64,000 nt of DNA from Candidatus Kapaibacterium sp. (GCA_963665665.1 OY762428.1:2336001-2400000), one strand, 5' to 3'; counted from the stretch's first letter, positions 38,652-50,400 are shown. Notes: a model not told the origin generated them from the letters alone. Made by a program: numbers and translations.

Positions 38652-41531
38652 ATGAAACAGATATTTACTACGGCTTTATTATTTACATTATTGACGATTT
38701 CATCCGGACTTTGTGCTTTTGCTCAGGATACTTTAGCCCCGGCTCCTCTTTGGAAGTTAAATTGCGACGGCAATGTATATGGCGCTACTGTTACAGATAA
38801 ACCTGACAGCCCCGGAGAAAGATCGAATCTGAATGAAATTATTTTTGACAGTGCGAATAGTTTCAATTATGATTTTCAGTATGCTGAATTTAATCCGGGT
38901 GACGTTATTACCACCACCTGGGAGTTAAGAATAATTGACAACATGAAGGATGCCAGGGCTGTTATAACATTTTCGGATGTTGCCGGTAATGATTCTACGC
39001 TGAAAATTGAATTTTCACCGCCAAAGATAGAAGTAACCCCGGGATATATTGATTTCGGAAAAACTGATCCCGGCGAGAGTGCTTATAGTGCTATTTTAGT
39101 TAAAAACCTTTCTTCAAATAGCGATTTTGTTGTTGATCATCTGAGTTTCAAATCCGGAAAAACTGATTTCAAATTTGTAACTCCGTCCCTGCCTTATCCC
39201 ATAGCTCCGGGAGACACGCACAGCTTCAATATTGAATTTCTTACAGATAAGGAAGGTATTTATGTTGATTCCGTTATTGTTGGTGATACCTGCATCCGGT
39301 TCAACACAACAGGACTAAAAGCAGAAGTAGGCAGCAGTGTGATAAATGTTTCGGATATTGATTTTGGCAATATTGCTCTTGGGGCGAGTGATACAATGAC
39401 ATTTACAATAGCAAATGAAGGCGACTCCCAGCTTAGTATAAGCGATATTAGCGGGCCTGTGCTATCGGTATATGAACTGATTGATTTCAGGCTTCCTACC
39501 CCCGGAGATCCGATCATCATTCCTGCAGGGTTGGATATTCAGGTAAAAGTACGATTTTCCCCTGATACCGAGGGGCAGTTCGATGATGAAATAGTTTTTA
39601 CTTCAAATGCTAAAGGAGCTGATAGTACAGCATACCTGAAAGGCAGGGGAATAAACCCTGAGTTGAATGTTGACGGGATTTATTTCGGAAGGATAAATAT
39701 TAATGATTTTCCCATAAATGAGCAATACATTAAGATATTTAATCCCGATGAAACCAAGGTGACAATTGAAAGTATTGAAATTGTTTCCAATATCAAATCC
39801 ACTGATGTTTTTCTTATCGACAAGACATCTGTTGTTGGGATATCCATTGGCCCTAAAAGTACGCTTGCAGTACCGGTTGAATTTGTTCCGGATGCAATCG
39901 GATATTATGAAATTAAATTTCAGATAAAAGACAGCAAAAATATTAATCCGGTTGGAATTGTTGCAGGTACAGCTATCGAATCAAAAATTGAATATTCCGA
40001 CCATTTGTTTGATCCCACAATTCTTAATGATTTTTCTAACCCTGCAAAATCCCAGGTGCCGGTCCGCTTCCTTAATACCCTTCATTATGATATTGACAGG
40101 CCGGATACATTGCTTTCCGATAATATTATATTTACGGATTATATTATCGGCCCTTCAAATGATGCCATTTCAGATGATGGCACAAATTGGGGATCGGAAG
40201 GATTTCGGTTTGATAAAAATGCTATTGAATTAACCGACGGTTCTACTACTAATTTGCCCAAACAGGTTCAGCCGGGTGAATATATTGAAATCGATGCTGA
40301 TTTTGTTTCCATAAAAAAAGGATGGCACAAGGCAAACTTTACAGTTGCTGACAGCAGGGGAAATGAATATAAATCCGAATGGTCGGGCTTTTGGCAGGCA
40401 AGTGGTTTCTATTCTATTCCGGAAACCGACAATGCATCATGCTGCGTGCATGAAACAGCATCTATTGCCTGCATAATGGGTAATAAAAACGGCAGTGGCG
40501 GAGTACTTGAAGTTAGTTCATTAGAATTTTCTCCGGCAATTCCACAGCTTTCTTTGTCTGATAATTCGCTTATGAACGGATTCAGTATTTCCGACGGAGA
40601 TTCTATTAATTTTGATATTGTTTTCCAGCCAGATGCCATTATTGCCGAAAATGTTACCCTGATTATCAATAACGACCCGGAAAATGAGCTTAATATAAAC
40701 TTCTCTGTTCGATCCTTCGACCATAAAGCAATGTCCTCGAATACATTACTTTCTTACCCGGACAATATGATAAAACCTGAAGAGCAGATAACATACATGA
40801 TTGACTTAAAAACGGAAGCCGAATTCGATCTTGCCGGTATAACTGAATTTGATATATACCTGCAATATGAAAATGATTTTATTGAAATTCCCGATACAAA
40901 CTGGGATAACATTAATATTTCAAATCCAATTATCCCGGGTGATCTGATTAAGGATAAATTCAACATGAAGGATGTTGAAACAATATCCGATACCGATGGG
41001 CTAAAGACTGTCAGATTCAATTTTGTAAGCAGGGACGGTAGTATTTTAAAGGGCAACGGAAATTTGTTTGGTGTTAAATTTTACGGGCTTCTGCCTTCAT
41101 GGCTTCCTGATGAAAATTCAACCCCGGCCGATAGTATTGCAAAAATAAAATCAATGGTAATTCCCCGAGTTCTTGTTGAATGTGCTGAAATTGCCCCTGA
41201 TTCTCTTGAAATAGGAATGGATGGGGTATGTGGCTATGGCATTAGGCAAATTGTAATCAGTGCTAATGATTATGATGCCGGCGAAATAACGCCTTCTGTA
41301 ACTTCAGGTGCTGAAATAAACTTTAACTATTCCCTCGGGTTATCATCCGATTCAAATATTGAAATTTATGACTTGCAGGGCCGGACTGTACGTTCAATTT
41401 ACATCAAAAAACAAAAATATGGATCTCATACTGAAATAATTAATATTGAGAATATTAATAATGGTATGTATTTCCTCAGATTTACTTCAGGGCCGTTTTC
41501 AGCCACAAAAAGTTTTATTATAAACAGGTAA
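38652..41531 (+). CDS. T9SS cargo, paralog of the upstream protein lacking the IgGFc-binding head
   Basis: Mature N-terminus DTLAPAPLWKLNCDGNV matches internal DTIPPAPEWTMECDGNV of the 34090 protein; colinear to the CTD. Confidence 0.85.
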   Translation: MKQIFTTALLFTLLTISSGLCAFAQDTLAPAPLWKLNCDGNVYGATVTDKPDSPGERSNLNEIIFDSANSFNYDFQYAEFNPGDVITTTWELRIIDNMKDARAVITFSDVAGNDSTLKIEFSPPKIEVTPGYIDFGKTDPGESAYSAILVKNLSSNSDFVVDHLSFKSGKTDFKFVTPSLPYPIAPGDTHSFNIEFLTDKEGIYVDSVIVGDTCIRFNTTGLKAEVGSSVINVSDIDFGNIALGASDTMTFTIANEGDSQLSISDISGPVLSVYELIDFRLPTPGDPIIIPAGLDIQVKVRFSPDTEGQFDDEIVFTSNAKGADSTAYLKGRGINPELNVDGIYFGRININDFPINEQYIKIFNPDETKVTIESIEIVSNIKSTDVFLIDKTSVVGISIGPKSTLAVPVEFVPDAIGYYEIKFQIKDSKNINPVGIVAGTAIESKIEYSDHLFDPTILNDFSNPAKSQVPVRFLNTLHYDIDRPDTLLSDNIIFTDYIIGPSNDAISDDGTNWGSEGFRFDKNAIELTDGSTTNLPKQVQPGEYIEIDADFVSIKKGWHKANFTVADSRGNEYKSEWSGFWQASGFYSIPETDNASCCVHETASIACIMGNKNGSGGVLEVSSLEFSPAIPQLSLSDNSLMNGFSISDGDSINFDIVFQPDAIIAENVTLIINNDPENELNINFSVRSFDHKAMSSNTLLSYPDNMIKPEEQITYMIDLKTEAEFDLAGITEFDIYLQYENDFIEIPDTNWDNINISNPIIPGDLIKDKFNMKDVETISDTDGLKTVRFNFVSRDGSILKGNGNLFGVKFYGLLPSWLPDENSTPADSIAKIKSMVIPRVLVECAEIAPDSLEIGMDGVCGYGIRQIVISANDYDAGEITPSVTSGAEINFNYSLGLSSDSNIEIYDLQGRTVRSIYIKKQKYGSHTEIINIENINNGMYFLRFTSGPFSATKSFIINR

Positions 41532-41640
41532 TATTCCTGATATAGTTTCAGGCCATTCCTAAACACATTTTATGACAGAGCCTGATCCGGAGAAGTTTAA
41601 AAGATTTGGCAGGGAGGCTGTCCAATTAAGCTGGCAGTGT

Positions 41641-41712
41641 TGTCAAACTGAGCGTAGCGAAGAGTCCATAGCCTGCATGAATACCGGATTCTTCTCAACG
41701 CTTCCGAATGAC
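41641..41712. repeat. Degenerate MITE/REP copy
   Basis: TGTCAAACTGAGCGTAGCGAAGAGTCC..GGATTCTTC..GAATGAC. Confidence 0.6.
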
Positions 41713-41755
41713 GAATCGTATGAAGTCAGAAAAAAGAGACATCCTCCTTATAATT

Positions 41756-42286
41756 CTATTCAGCGGCCTTTTTCAGTTCAGTCATTGTAAACAGCGGACT
41801 AAGGTTTATATTTATATCTTTCAATTTGGCGGGACCACCTGATTCACGATCGATCACGCAGATAGCATTTTCTATTATTGCGCCTCTTTCGCGAAGTTCG
41901 CCGGATGAAATAACCACCTGGCCCGCACTTGTTACAACGTCTTCGATAACCACAACTTTTTTGTCTTTTATATCTGCGCCTTCGGCAAGCCTCATAGTGC
42001 CGTATTCTTTGGCTTTTTTCCTGACCATTGCAAGCGGTTTACCGGTAAGGGATGATATAATTGTTGCCAGTGGAATGCCGCCCATTTCCAGTCCGGCTAT
42101 TACATCATATTCTTCAGGAAGAAGTTCCACCATAGCTTTGGCAATTTCCATAAGCAAAGCGGGATTGCTTTCGAACTGGTATTTATCAAAGTATTCGTTG
42201 CTGATAACACCCGAGCGAAGTTTGAATTCGCCTGTAATATGGGATGAGTCGTAAATTCCTTTTGCTAATTCTGTTCTGTTCATCAT
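41756..42286 (-). CDS. pyrE: Orotate phosphoribosyltransferase
   Basis: GEFKLRSG..YFDKY, VRKKAKEYG, VVVIEDVVTSAG. Confidence 0.95.
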   Translation of the reverse strand: MMNRTELAKGIYDSSHITGEFKLRSGVISNEYFDKYQFESNPALLMEIAKAMVELLPEEYDVIAGLEMGGIPLATIISSLTGKPLAMVRKKAKEYGTMRLAEGADIKDKKVVVIEDVVTSAGQVVISSGELRERGAIIENAICVIDRESGGPAKLKDININLSPLFTMTELKKAAE

Positions 42287-42293
42287 TTTTCCT

Positions 42294-43652
42294 TTAGTTT
42301 ACTATTAAATTAATATCTAATTCCGAGTAAAGATAAACCGCAACGGCAATTGCCGCAACGCATCTGTTGAAGTCGTTCCTGTCAACCTTGTCCGGAGTAT
42401 CCAGCGCTGAATGGTGGTACTCAAAGTATTCGCCCTGGTCGTCGGTATTCAGGCTCATTGCCGGTACGCCCTGTTTCATTAGCGGCCTGATATCCACACC
42501 ACCGCCACCGTCTTTTACTATTATCCTGTCGTCAATTGTTTTCAGAATATCTTCAAAAGTCCTGACGATGGTAAAGAGTGAATCCGGCCCCTTGTATTTA
42601 ATTTCCTGTGGAGGAAAAACCCCGCTGTCAAATTCAAACGCCAGGGCATGTTTTTCATCTTTATGGTTTTCAGCATATTTTCTACCGCCGCGCAGGCCGT
42701 TTTCCTCGTTAGCCCACATCACGCAGCGAAGTGTTCTTTTCGGTTTTATCCCGAGATCCTTCATGGCTTTTATTACCTGCCATGCTGATATACATCCGCT
42801 TGCGTCGTCGTGTGCGCCGCTTCCCACATCCCAGGAATCGATATGCCCGCCAAGAGCGATTATCTCGTCGGGTTTTTCGCTGCCGCGAATTTCCGCTATA
42901 ATATTGGATGATTCAAAATCAGGCATTGTTTCAGCTTCCATGTATATTTTCAGAACAGGTGTTATACCCCGCGTCTGCATTCTTGCCAGGAACTGTGAAT
43001 CTTCCTCAGGTATGGCGCAGTGCGGGATTTTTTTAACGGTATCCGAATAGAACATCACGCCAGTGTGCGGATGCCTGTGAGAATTTGGCGACGTCGAGCG
43101 GGTAAGGCTGGCCACAGCTCCGTGCTGCGCTGCGCGGAAAGCTCCGTAGAAACGATATTGAACAGCCTGCCCGTAATTTTTCCAGGGAATATTATAAAGA
43201 ACGATTTTTCCTTTTGCCTGTTCGGATTTTTCCTCAAGCTCGTCGAAACTGCTTACAACAAGTACGGGTGCAGTAATTCCTTCGGGAGGAGTGGCAATTG
43301 AACCGCCTAGAGACAGCATTGGGATATTCTCCGTCCGGGGTTTAATCATCCGGCAGTATTCATTCCCGCGCACCCAGTGGGGAACCATAACCGGCTCCTT
43401 GTAGGAGGAATCGAAATCATCTTTTTTCATTTCTTCAATTATCCAGTCAAGGGCATTTTCCAGATTTTGCGAACCGCTCAGGCGCGGCCCGAACATATCG
43501 CACATATAAACCATCCGGTTATAGGCAACAGTATCTTTTACCAAATAATCTATCAGCCTGTTCACGTTCCTTTGCGTTTCAGTGCTGATATGCTGCTGAG
43601 TAAATGCAGTTGAGGCGGTAAAAAATAATATTATAGTAATAAATTTTCTCAT
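42294..43652 (-). CDS. M28 carboxypeptidase Q-like peptidase with PA domain
   Basis: FGPRLSGS, GGHIDSWD..GAHDD, NEENGL..G, HHSALDT. Confidence 0.92.
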   Translation of the reverse strand: MRKFITIILFFTASTAFTQQHISTETQRNVNRLIDYLVKDTVAYNRMVYMCDMFGPRLSGSQNLENALDWIIEEMKKDDFDSSYKEPVMVPHWVRGNEYCRMIKPRTENIPMLSLGGSIATPPEGITAPVLVVSSFDELEEKSEQAKGKIVLYNIPWKNYGQAVQYRFYGAFRAAQHGAVASLTRSTSPNSHRHPHTGVMFYSDTVKKIPHCAIPEEDSQFLARMQTRGITPVLKIYMEAETMPDFESSNIIAEIRGSEKPDEIIALGGHIDSWDVGSGAHDDASGCISAWQVIKAMKDLGIKPKRTLRCVMWANEENGLRGGRKYAENHKDEKHALAFEFDSGVFPPQEIKYKGPDSLFTIVRTFEDILKTIDDRIIVKDGGGGVDIRPLMKQGVPAMSLNTDDQGEYFEYHHSALDTPDKVDRNDFNRCVAAIAVAVYLYSELDINLIVN

Positions 43653-43717
43653 AAATCAACTCCCGTATAAACAATCAGTCAGGAGACAGGGGGTAAAAAT
43701 CGATATAAAAATACTGA

Positions 43718-43855
43718 AATTCCCCTCCGGCGGAGGGGTGCCCGAAGGGCCCCGATAAATCGGGGCAAGCCGGAGTGGCGAAAAAATGTGATTGTAAATA
43801 AATCCAAAAATGAAGAAACCACCCCTTTAATCCCATCCAATGGAGGGGAATATCA
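43718..43855. repeat. REP mosaic
   Basis: AAATTCCCCTCC..GAGGGGTG..GGAGTGG related to 1201-1246; CCACCCCTTTAATCCC..GAGGGGAAT. Confidence 0.65.
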
Positions 43856-43861
43856 TTCAAT

Positions 43862-45331
43862 CTACTTCGCAATAATCAGGAAGGCCGTTCGGCGGTTCTT
43901 CGCCCTGCCCTCCTCGGTTTCATTATTTGCTACAGGTTGCGACATACCAAAGCCTCGGGATCTGAGCCTTACAGGTTCGATTCCCCTTTGTATTAACGCA
44001 GTGCGAACAGCATTGGCCCTGTCTTCCGAAAGTTTCTGGTTGTATTCCACTTTGTTTGCAAGCGGTCCGATATTATCAGTATGCCCCTGTATTTCTATCC
44101 TTAATTTGGGATAAGCCAGCATTATATCGGCAATTCCATCCAGGATATAATAGGATTCAGGCCTGATAGCAGCGCTGTCAAATTCAAACAGGATAGGTTT
44201 TTCGAATGCCTTGCCGATGCTGTCCCAGGGTACAAGGTCGCTTGTGTCATATTCGCCGATTCCTATCAATGAATCTGCTCTGCCCGGCGCCATGAGTTCG
44301 GAAAAGACTGTGTGAAAACCATAGTAAAGCGGAGCCTTGTAGGTTATATAATAATAATAACGAAGGCTCATGTATATATCCCGGAATATTGCTATCAGTT
44401 CTTTCTTTGAATATGCTTTATAAAATTTACCCCCGGTATATTTTGCCAGATACCTGAGATTCTCATCCTTTGAATATCCAAATGCAACGCAAAAAACATT
44501 GATCTTGTTTGCTTTTGCTTTTTCGATCAGGTCGCCTATCTTCGTTTTCGAGTAATTGTCGTCCCCGTCGGTAAATAATACAAGTACCCTCGGGTCTTCC
44601 TTAGGTGTTGTTATCAATGTATCAATACACTGGTTCATGGCATCCCAGCAAGCCGAGAAAAGCCCGAAGCCTTTAGTTCTTTTTTTTCTGTAAAGGTTCA
44701 ATATTTTTTTCTTTTCGTTCAGAAGGGGCACTTTTACGTCAAGTTCCTTATTAAAAGAAGTCAGGGCAATATTGTCGTAGGGGAATTTCATACCCACAAA
44801 AAGCTCAGTGCCCATGTAAATAGCGTCCATCACGGCGCTCATCGAGCCGCTGTAATCAACCGTCATTACAATATTATAAGGAATTGAATCATTAGCGCCG
44901 TATTCGCGTACATTGAACTGCTCAATATTTTCATCGCGCACGTTATAATGTTTGCCAAGCCTTTCGTCGATACGGGTGAAGTATGTATTGCTGTCTCCCT
45001 CTTTTTTATAGGGATCAGCCATATTGGTAACGAAGTTTCCGGATGAATCATACACCCTGGCATATACCTTCAGGTTTTCCGGGTACTCATCAGTTTCGAT
45101 ACGCCAGATGTCATAGATCAGTTTGTTTACATCGATAGAATCGATTGGTTTGGTGTCGGTAATATAGATTTTCTTTTCCGTGGAATCCAGAATATCATCA
45201 ATATCTTCGTCGTAAACCTCGCGCATCAGGGCGAAACCTGTTTTCCGCGACGATCCGCATGATTCCAGAAAAATAGATATAAATAAGGAACTTAGCAGAA
45301 ATACTGCTATAAAAATTGACTGCTTTTTCAT
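43862..45331 (-). CDS. VWA plus OmpA-domain lipoprotein
   Basis: Lipobox LESC; DYSGSM and FTDG; IQGHTD..LSEDRA..GRAKNRR. Confidence 0.9.
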   Translation of the reverse strand: MKKQSIFIAVFLLSSLFISIFLESCGSSRKTGFALMREVYDEDIDDILDSTEKKIYITDTKPIDSIDVNKLIYDIWRIETDEYPENLKVYARVYDSSGNFVTNMADPYKKEGDSNTYFTRIDERLGKHYNVRDENIEQFNVREYGANDSIPYNIVMTVDYSGSMSAVMDAIYMGTELFVGMKFPYDNIALTSFNKELDVKVPLLNEKKKILNLYRKKRTKGFGLFSACWDAMNQCIDTLITTPKEDPRVLVLFTDGDDNYSKTKIGDLIEKAKANKINVFCVAFGYSKDENLRYLAKYTGGKFYKAYSKKELIAIFRDIYMSLRYYYYITYKAPLYYGFHTVFSELMAPGRADSLIGIGEYDTSDLVPWDSIGKAFEKPILFEFDSAAIRPESYYILDGIADIMLAYPKLRIEIQGHTDNIGPLANKVEYNQKLSEDRANAVRTALIQRGIEPVRLRSRGFGMSQPVANNETEEGRAKNRRTAFLIIAK

Positions 45332-45533
45332 AATCTTACCGCTTATTTCTTCCTGTTCAACAAATAAGTAAAAAATGCCAATAAGCGATTTCCATAGTTA
45401 TACAAACAAGTCAGCAAGCTACAAACAATATTCCAAAAAAGCAATCATATTAATCATTTCGCAGGATTTTTTTCCTTTTCCCTCATTGGGACGAATAAAT
45501 TTACACTTGAGTTTGAATTTGTTTTTTTATCAA

Positions 45534-46916
45534 CTACTTTGCCAATACCACTTTGCCGAACTTATAAAAACGTCCTACTGCAAGGCTGTAAAGGTATTCT
45601 CCCGATGGCAGGAACGACAGGTCTTCGTTAATAATATACGTGCCGGCATTTAGAATTCCGGAATCTATTTCTTTAATTATCCGCCCTTCTAAGTCGTACA
45701 GGCTTATTACAACCCGGTCGGCAGATTCTATTGTTACTTCAAAGTTTACATTTCCGTGGCTCGGGTTGGGATAATTCTTAACGCTGAACGCCCTTCCTTC
45801 AAGTACGCTGCTTGGCTCGGGTATATATTTGTAAATATTTCCAAGGTCTCTTGATATTCCCAAAACACAGTTTTGAGAATGCATGGCAAAATCTTCGAAA
45901 TAGTCTTCAATTAGCTTACCAGTATATGCGGAATCTCTTTTCCAATTTTGGCCTCCGTCGCTTGTACGGAACATGTAATACCAGTATCCAAGGGCTATTC
46001 CGTTATTAATATCCGTGAAATGTACGTCAATAAGCCCGTCCTGCTGTGGCGTAATCGTATCGAGTTGAACCTCCCAGTTATACCCTCCGTCAGTGGTATG
46101 CATTATCTTTACAACTTCCACATCGTTTGAAACGCTTGGCCGGCCAACCGCCCACCCGTTCAGGCTGTCAATAAAGCAGATTGTGCACATTCTTTCACTG
46201 AATGTATATCTTCTTTCCCAGTTTTTTCCCTGGTCTGTTGTTGTTAGAATATAGTTCTCAAGGCTATTTGTAAGACCAATTGTAAATATAGCGTTTTCAT
46301 TTAGAATTTGCACATACTCATAAATTGCAAAATCTGAAGTGTCATTATTTATTAATTTTTGCCAGCTATCACAACCGTCCGTAGTTAAATATAAATCTCT
46401 CCAGGTTGATATTACGCCGGTTTTTTCATCAAAAAATTTAACCTGCATTAATTTGTCATTTATCCCGTTTAAATTTCGTCTTTCCCAATTCCGGCATTTG
46501 TCTTTTGATATCCAGTAGTAGCCTTCTTCGCAAACTACTACGCAAAGCCCCGGGCCGGGGTATGAAATACCCTTTGCCTGCGTTGGCCTGTACAATATAT
46601 TGACTCCGCCAGTGCCCCATTTCCAAACAAGAGAGTCATTCAGAGCAACTGACCATGTATTTCCGCCGTCGGTTGTTATCCTTACAAGGGGTTCCTTAAT
46701 ATTTACATTCATCAATGCCGCGTAATTCAGGCTGTCATAAGTATCAATTTGCACATACCTTTTTGCAAAGCTATCGATTTCATTTGAACCTAACCTGGTT
46801 CTTAAAGCATCGTAATGATCAATTTTTTCCCAAGTTTGGGAATAGGCCATTGTATGAAACAGGAATAGAATAAGTGAGATTAGTAAATAATTGGAAAACC
46901 GCAATATAATTCTCAT
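45534..46916 (-). CDS. T9SS cargo with BNR/YCF48-like repeats
   Basis: TTDGGNTW, TTDQGKNW, TTDGGYNW, TSDGGQNW; CTD NYPNPS..SGEYLY; SD GGAGG. Confidence 0.85.
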   Translation of the reverse strand: MRIILRFSNYLLISLILFLFHTMAYSQTWEKIDHYDALRTRLGSNEIDSFAKRYVQIDTYDSLNYAALMNVNIKEPLVRITTDGGNTWSVALNDSLVWKWGTGGVNILYRPTQAKGISYPGPGLCVVVCEEGYYWISKDKCRNWERRNLNGINDKLMQVKFFDEKTGVISTWRDLYLTTDGCDSWQKLINNDTSDFAIYEYVQILNENAIFTIGLTNSLENYILTTTDQGKNWERRYTFSERMCTICFIDSLNGWAVGRPSVSNDVEVVKIMHTTDGGYNWEVQLDTITPQQDGLIDVHFTDINNGIALGYWYYMFRTSDGGQNWKRDSAYTGKLIEDYFEDFAMHSQNCVLGISRDLGNIYKYIPEPSSVLEGRAFSVKNYPNPSHGNVNFEVTIESADRVVISLYDLEGRIIKEIDSGILNAGTYIINEDLSFLPSGEYLYSLAVGRFYKFGKVVLAK

Positions 46917-47075
46917 AGTTCCTCCGGGGTGACTATTGATTCAAAGTAGTATCTGAATGAATAATTTAAGAAACATCATTAATTATTCCAAATATATTTT
47001 TTAGATATGTATATCTTTTAGCGCCTCAGGGTAATGTGCGGAAAATGCTTTGAAAATATCATTCCCCGGCTGTTT

Positions 47076-47166
47076 GGGGCAGGCTTCCTGAGCTTGCGAC
47101 TGAAGAATCCATCTTTCTTAGGAGACGATATTTAAGAATGGATCCTTCACTTCGTTCAGGATGACA
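47076..47166. repeat. MITE/REP copy
   Basis: GAAGAATCCATCTTTCTT..AAGAATGGATCCTTC..CAGGATGACA, shared with 1286-1378 and 24687-24776. Confidence 0.75.
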
Positions 47167-47222
47167 TTCATAAGTATTTTTAAAAATTATTCAACAGATT
47201 TGTTTTTTAAAGCCAAATAATA

Positions 47223-47357
47223 TATCAACTACTTTGCCAATACCACTTTGCCGAACTTATAAAAACGTCCTGTTGCAAGGCTGTAAAGGTATTCTCCCGA
47301 TGGCAGGAACGACAGGTCTTCGTTGATAATATACGTGCCGGCATTTAGAATTCCGGA
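47223..47357 (-). pseudogene. 135-bp orphan copy of the CTD-encoding 3' end of the 45534 gene
   Basis: Direct repeat of 45528-45662 with 3 mismatches, including the stop codon. Confidence 0.9.
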
Positions 47358-47399
47358 TAATACTTTTATCGGAATAAAATTCAATTGGCCCAAATAAAG

Positions 47400-47437
47400 A
47401 AACTCTCTCTCTGGTTGAAACCCAAGAGAGAGAGTTT
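47400..47437 (-). terminator. Intrinsic terminator of the 2156-aa gene
   Basis: AAACTCTCTCTCT..AGAGAGAGAGTTT hairpin. Confidence 0.75.
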
Positions 47438-47482
47438 ATTATAAAAAACGGACGCTATGATTTTATACATACAAATCAAAAT

Positions 47483-50400
47483 CTACCATTTAATTATCCT
47501 GTTGAAGGATTGTCCTTTGCCGGTTCTCAGAATAAGGATATAATTTCCGGAACTAACCGCTGCGCCATTAGGATATGTGCCATTCCAGACAAATTCATGT
47601 CTTCCTTCGGTCAGCCATTTATCAGCTATATGACTAACCAGATTACCCTTAATATCATATATTTCCATTTCCACTTTTATATCTTCGGGAACCGCAAGCT
47701 GAATCCTGACTGCTTCGTCCTTCTCGCTGGGATTCCTGACAATTGTAATTTCCGGCAGTATCTGCTCTTTATCAATAACTCCGACTTCGGCAAATTCCAT
47801 TTCGCTGTTGTATTTTTGCCCGATAATACCGACAATATAGCACAATGTATCACTCGAAGACCATTCCGCGAGAATGGGCTGGCCGGAATCGCCATGAACC
47901 CAACTTAGGAAATGTTCTTCAATTCCGCCTGCGGCGTTTTCTTTTGTATCGCTTACAATCCAAACCGAATTAACTCCGGCCGCGTTACTTATTCCTGATA
48001 CAGAAACAAACTGCCCGGCAAGAGCCTCGCCATTCGGGCTTATCCACTGAACTGCCAGCTCAACGCCCATGTTGCTATCCAGTGCGCTCTTCAGATAATC
48101 CCATGTCGGGTAGCCGCCGGCATTTCCGTCAACCTTCAGGCCATAATGCAGGTAGCGTCCATCCGGCGAGAAGATAGTATCGGGAGCAATTCCCGGAGTC
48201 TGATACTGAACCTCAAGCTTAATTTTGATACTATCAATATATTGCAGCTTGGCAGCAACAAGTTCTGACAGGCTTACCCCGCTATTCTCCGCCCTTCCGC
48301 TGAACCGGCTTGTCAGTTCAAGTGTCCTGCGCGGTTCTGTATCAAAGTTAAATTCTGTATGGGCTTCGTCGATAAACCTTACGGACGCCCCGACAGATGC
48401 AGGGCCTCCGGCGCCTTCGTCACCCGAGTATATTGCAGTATATTGAGGATCATCATCGGCACTGTTCAGGTCTGGCTGATACATCTGTATATCACGATAT
48501 ATAAAGTCGTAAGTATCAGGTTCCGAGAACTGTACAGCTATTGGGTTGGATACTTCTGCAAGCGCGGTTTCATCTAATCCGTCGGATATATAATAATCTG
48601 TTTCGCTAATAGGTATCGTTTCCCAGTCAACGCCGGTAATTTGCGATGTCCAGGGACTTTCAGTAACGAAGGTTGATATTTCAATTTCCTCGAGAGCCTG
48701 TATTTTTTCAATTTCCTTTTCCATCATTTCATAGTCGAACCAGTACAGGCATTCTTCATTATCAAAGTCCGGCATGATCAGTGCATTCTTCAATATCCAG
48801 AATTCGCTTGTGCCGTCGGGCTTCCTGGCAACAACATTTCCATACAGCGGGCTGCCACTTTCATTCGAAGAAGCTTCGAAAAGCACCGAACCCTTTCTGA
48901 CAGAAGCCAGTGTCATGGGTTTATCTACTTTATTTAAACTGACTTTTTTTATCTTCAGTTCTTTGGGTTTCGGCTTTTTATAGCTTTCGGAAACAATACT
49001 TTCAATTCTTCTGTTGCTGCTTCCCCAGCGTTTAAGAATAGGAATACCGGTGCTTGTTGTATCCCAATCAATAAATTCCTCGCCGGTTGTATCCCGTTCG
49101 GAATAAGCATAGCCGTAACCGGAAGAATCCTGCCGCAAATCGTCCTTTATCCACAGAGACCTTACTCCGCCAATGTCAATCATTCCGGTAACAGTTACCC
49201 AGTGGCCGCCTTTTCTTACCCCGGCAGTATCGTATTTGCCGTATTCCAGTTCAACGTCTTCGCCGTCTTTCATCTCCTGTTTCAGGAATTCCCATGTAGG
49301 CCAGGTGCTGTCGCCTGTATTTCTGTTGGAAGCTTTCAGTACATTGCCGCTGCTGTCGGTTACCTGAGGAATTTCTGATTTCTTCATCTTTTTAGTCTGG
49401 AACTTCACTTCAATGGGCAGATTGTATTTCTGGATAAATTTCAGCTTTCCTTTAATAAATTTACTTGTATAAACGCCTCTTTCATTTGCCCTGTCCATCA
49501 TTTCACTCAGCTCTGTAAGTTTTTTACGGTGAGTGATCTTAGAATCTATCTCGTCGTGAACTTTTTCAAGCCATTGCATACTGTTTGCAGCCGATGCAGG
49601 CCCACAGGCATTTTTGTCTCCGGCATAGCCTTCCGTATTAGCTGAATTATGAGAAGCAGAGTCAAGGTCGATATTTGGTACTTTACATCCACGGTAAAGG
49701 AAATCTTTCAAAGCAAGATCAACGTAATCAAGATCTGAAAGAGGTATCATTTTCACGGTATCTTTCTGTCCGTCCTGCAGGCTGCCTTCCTCGAAATTAA
49801 TTTTGAAAATATCTACGTGAGCTGTTTTCCAGATATCCTGTATTACAGGCTCGGTCCAATTTTCGTCGCCAACACTCATCTGGTATTCAATTTCTTCCAG
49901 CCTGTCTCCGGCTGCCAGCCCGAGTTTGCTAAGGTCAAATCCGTAAGAAACACGCCTGTAGTTATCAAAAGGAGGTGCCGGCATATTCCTGATTAGCCAG
50001 ACAGGTTCTTCATCTTCGTTTAGCCTTGCCACCACATTCACAAAGCCCATATCTTCGCTCGGATTGAATACCACTGAGAAATTGCCCGTATTCGTCAATC
50101 CGGCTCCGGGAAGCATACTATAATACTGCCCGAAGTCCTCCGTGCCTCTCTGCACCCTGTATTGTACAGTAGGATCGTAACTTTCTGATATAACAGAATG
50201 AACATACCTTACGCCACGGCCGTATCTCCTAATGTAAGGCCTGCCCCGGCTGTCGGTGCTCCATTCAAGAATTTCCTCTCCGCTTTCGTCAATATGCCTT
50301 CTCCTTGCCCTGCCAAGGCCCTCGCGTCTTTGTTTTGCATCGTCCTTAATCCATAATCTCTGCACTCCGCCCGTTGTGGCAACACCTGAAACAGTAACGG

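Noticed and set aside
45528-47357. Diversity-generating retroelement TR/VR pair
   Set aside because: Only three mismatches, not adenine-specific on either strand; no reverse transcriptase; the target is a sorting domain
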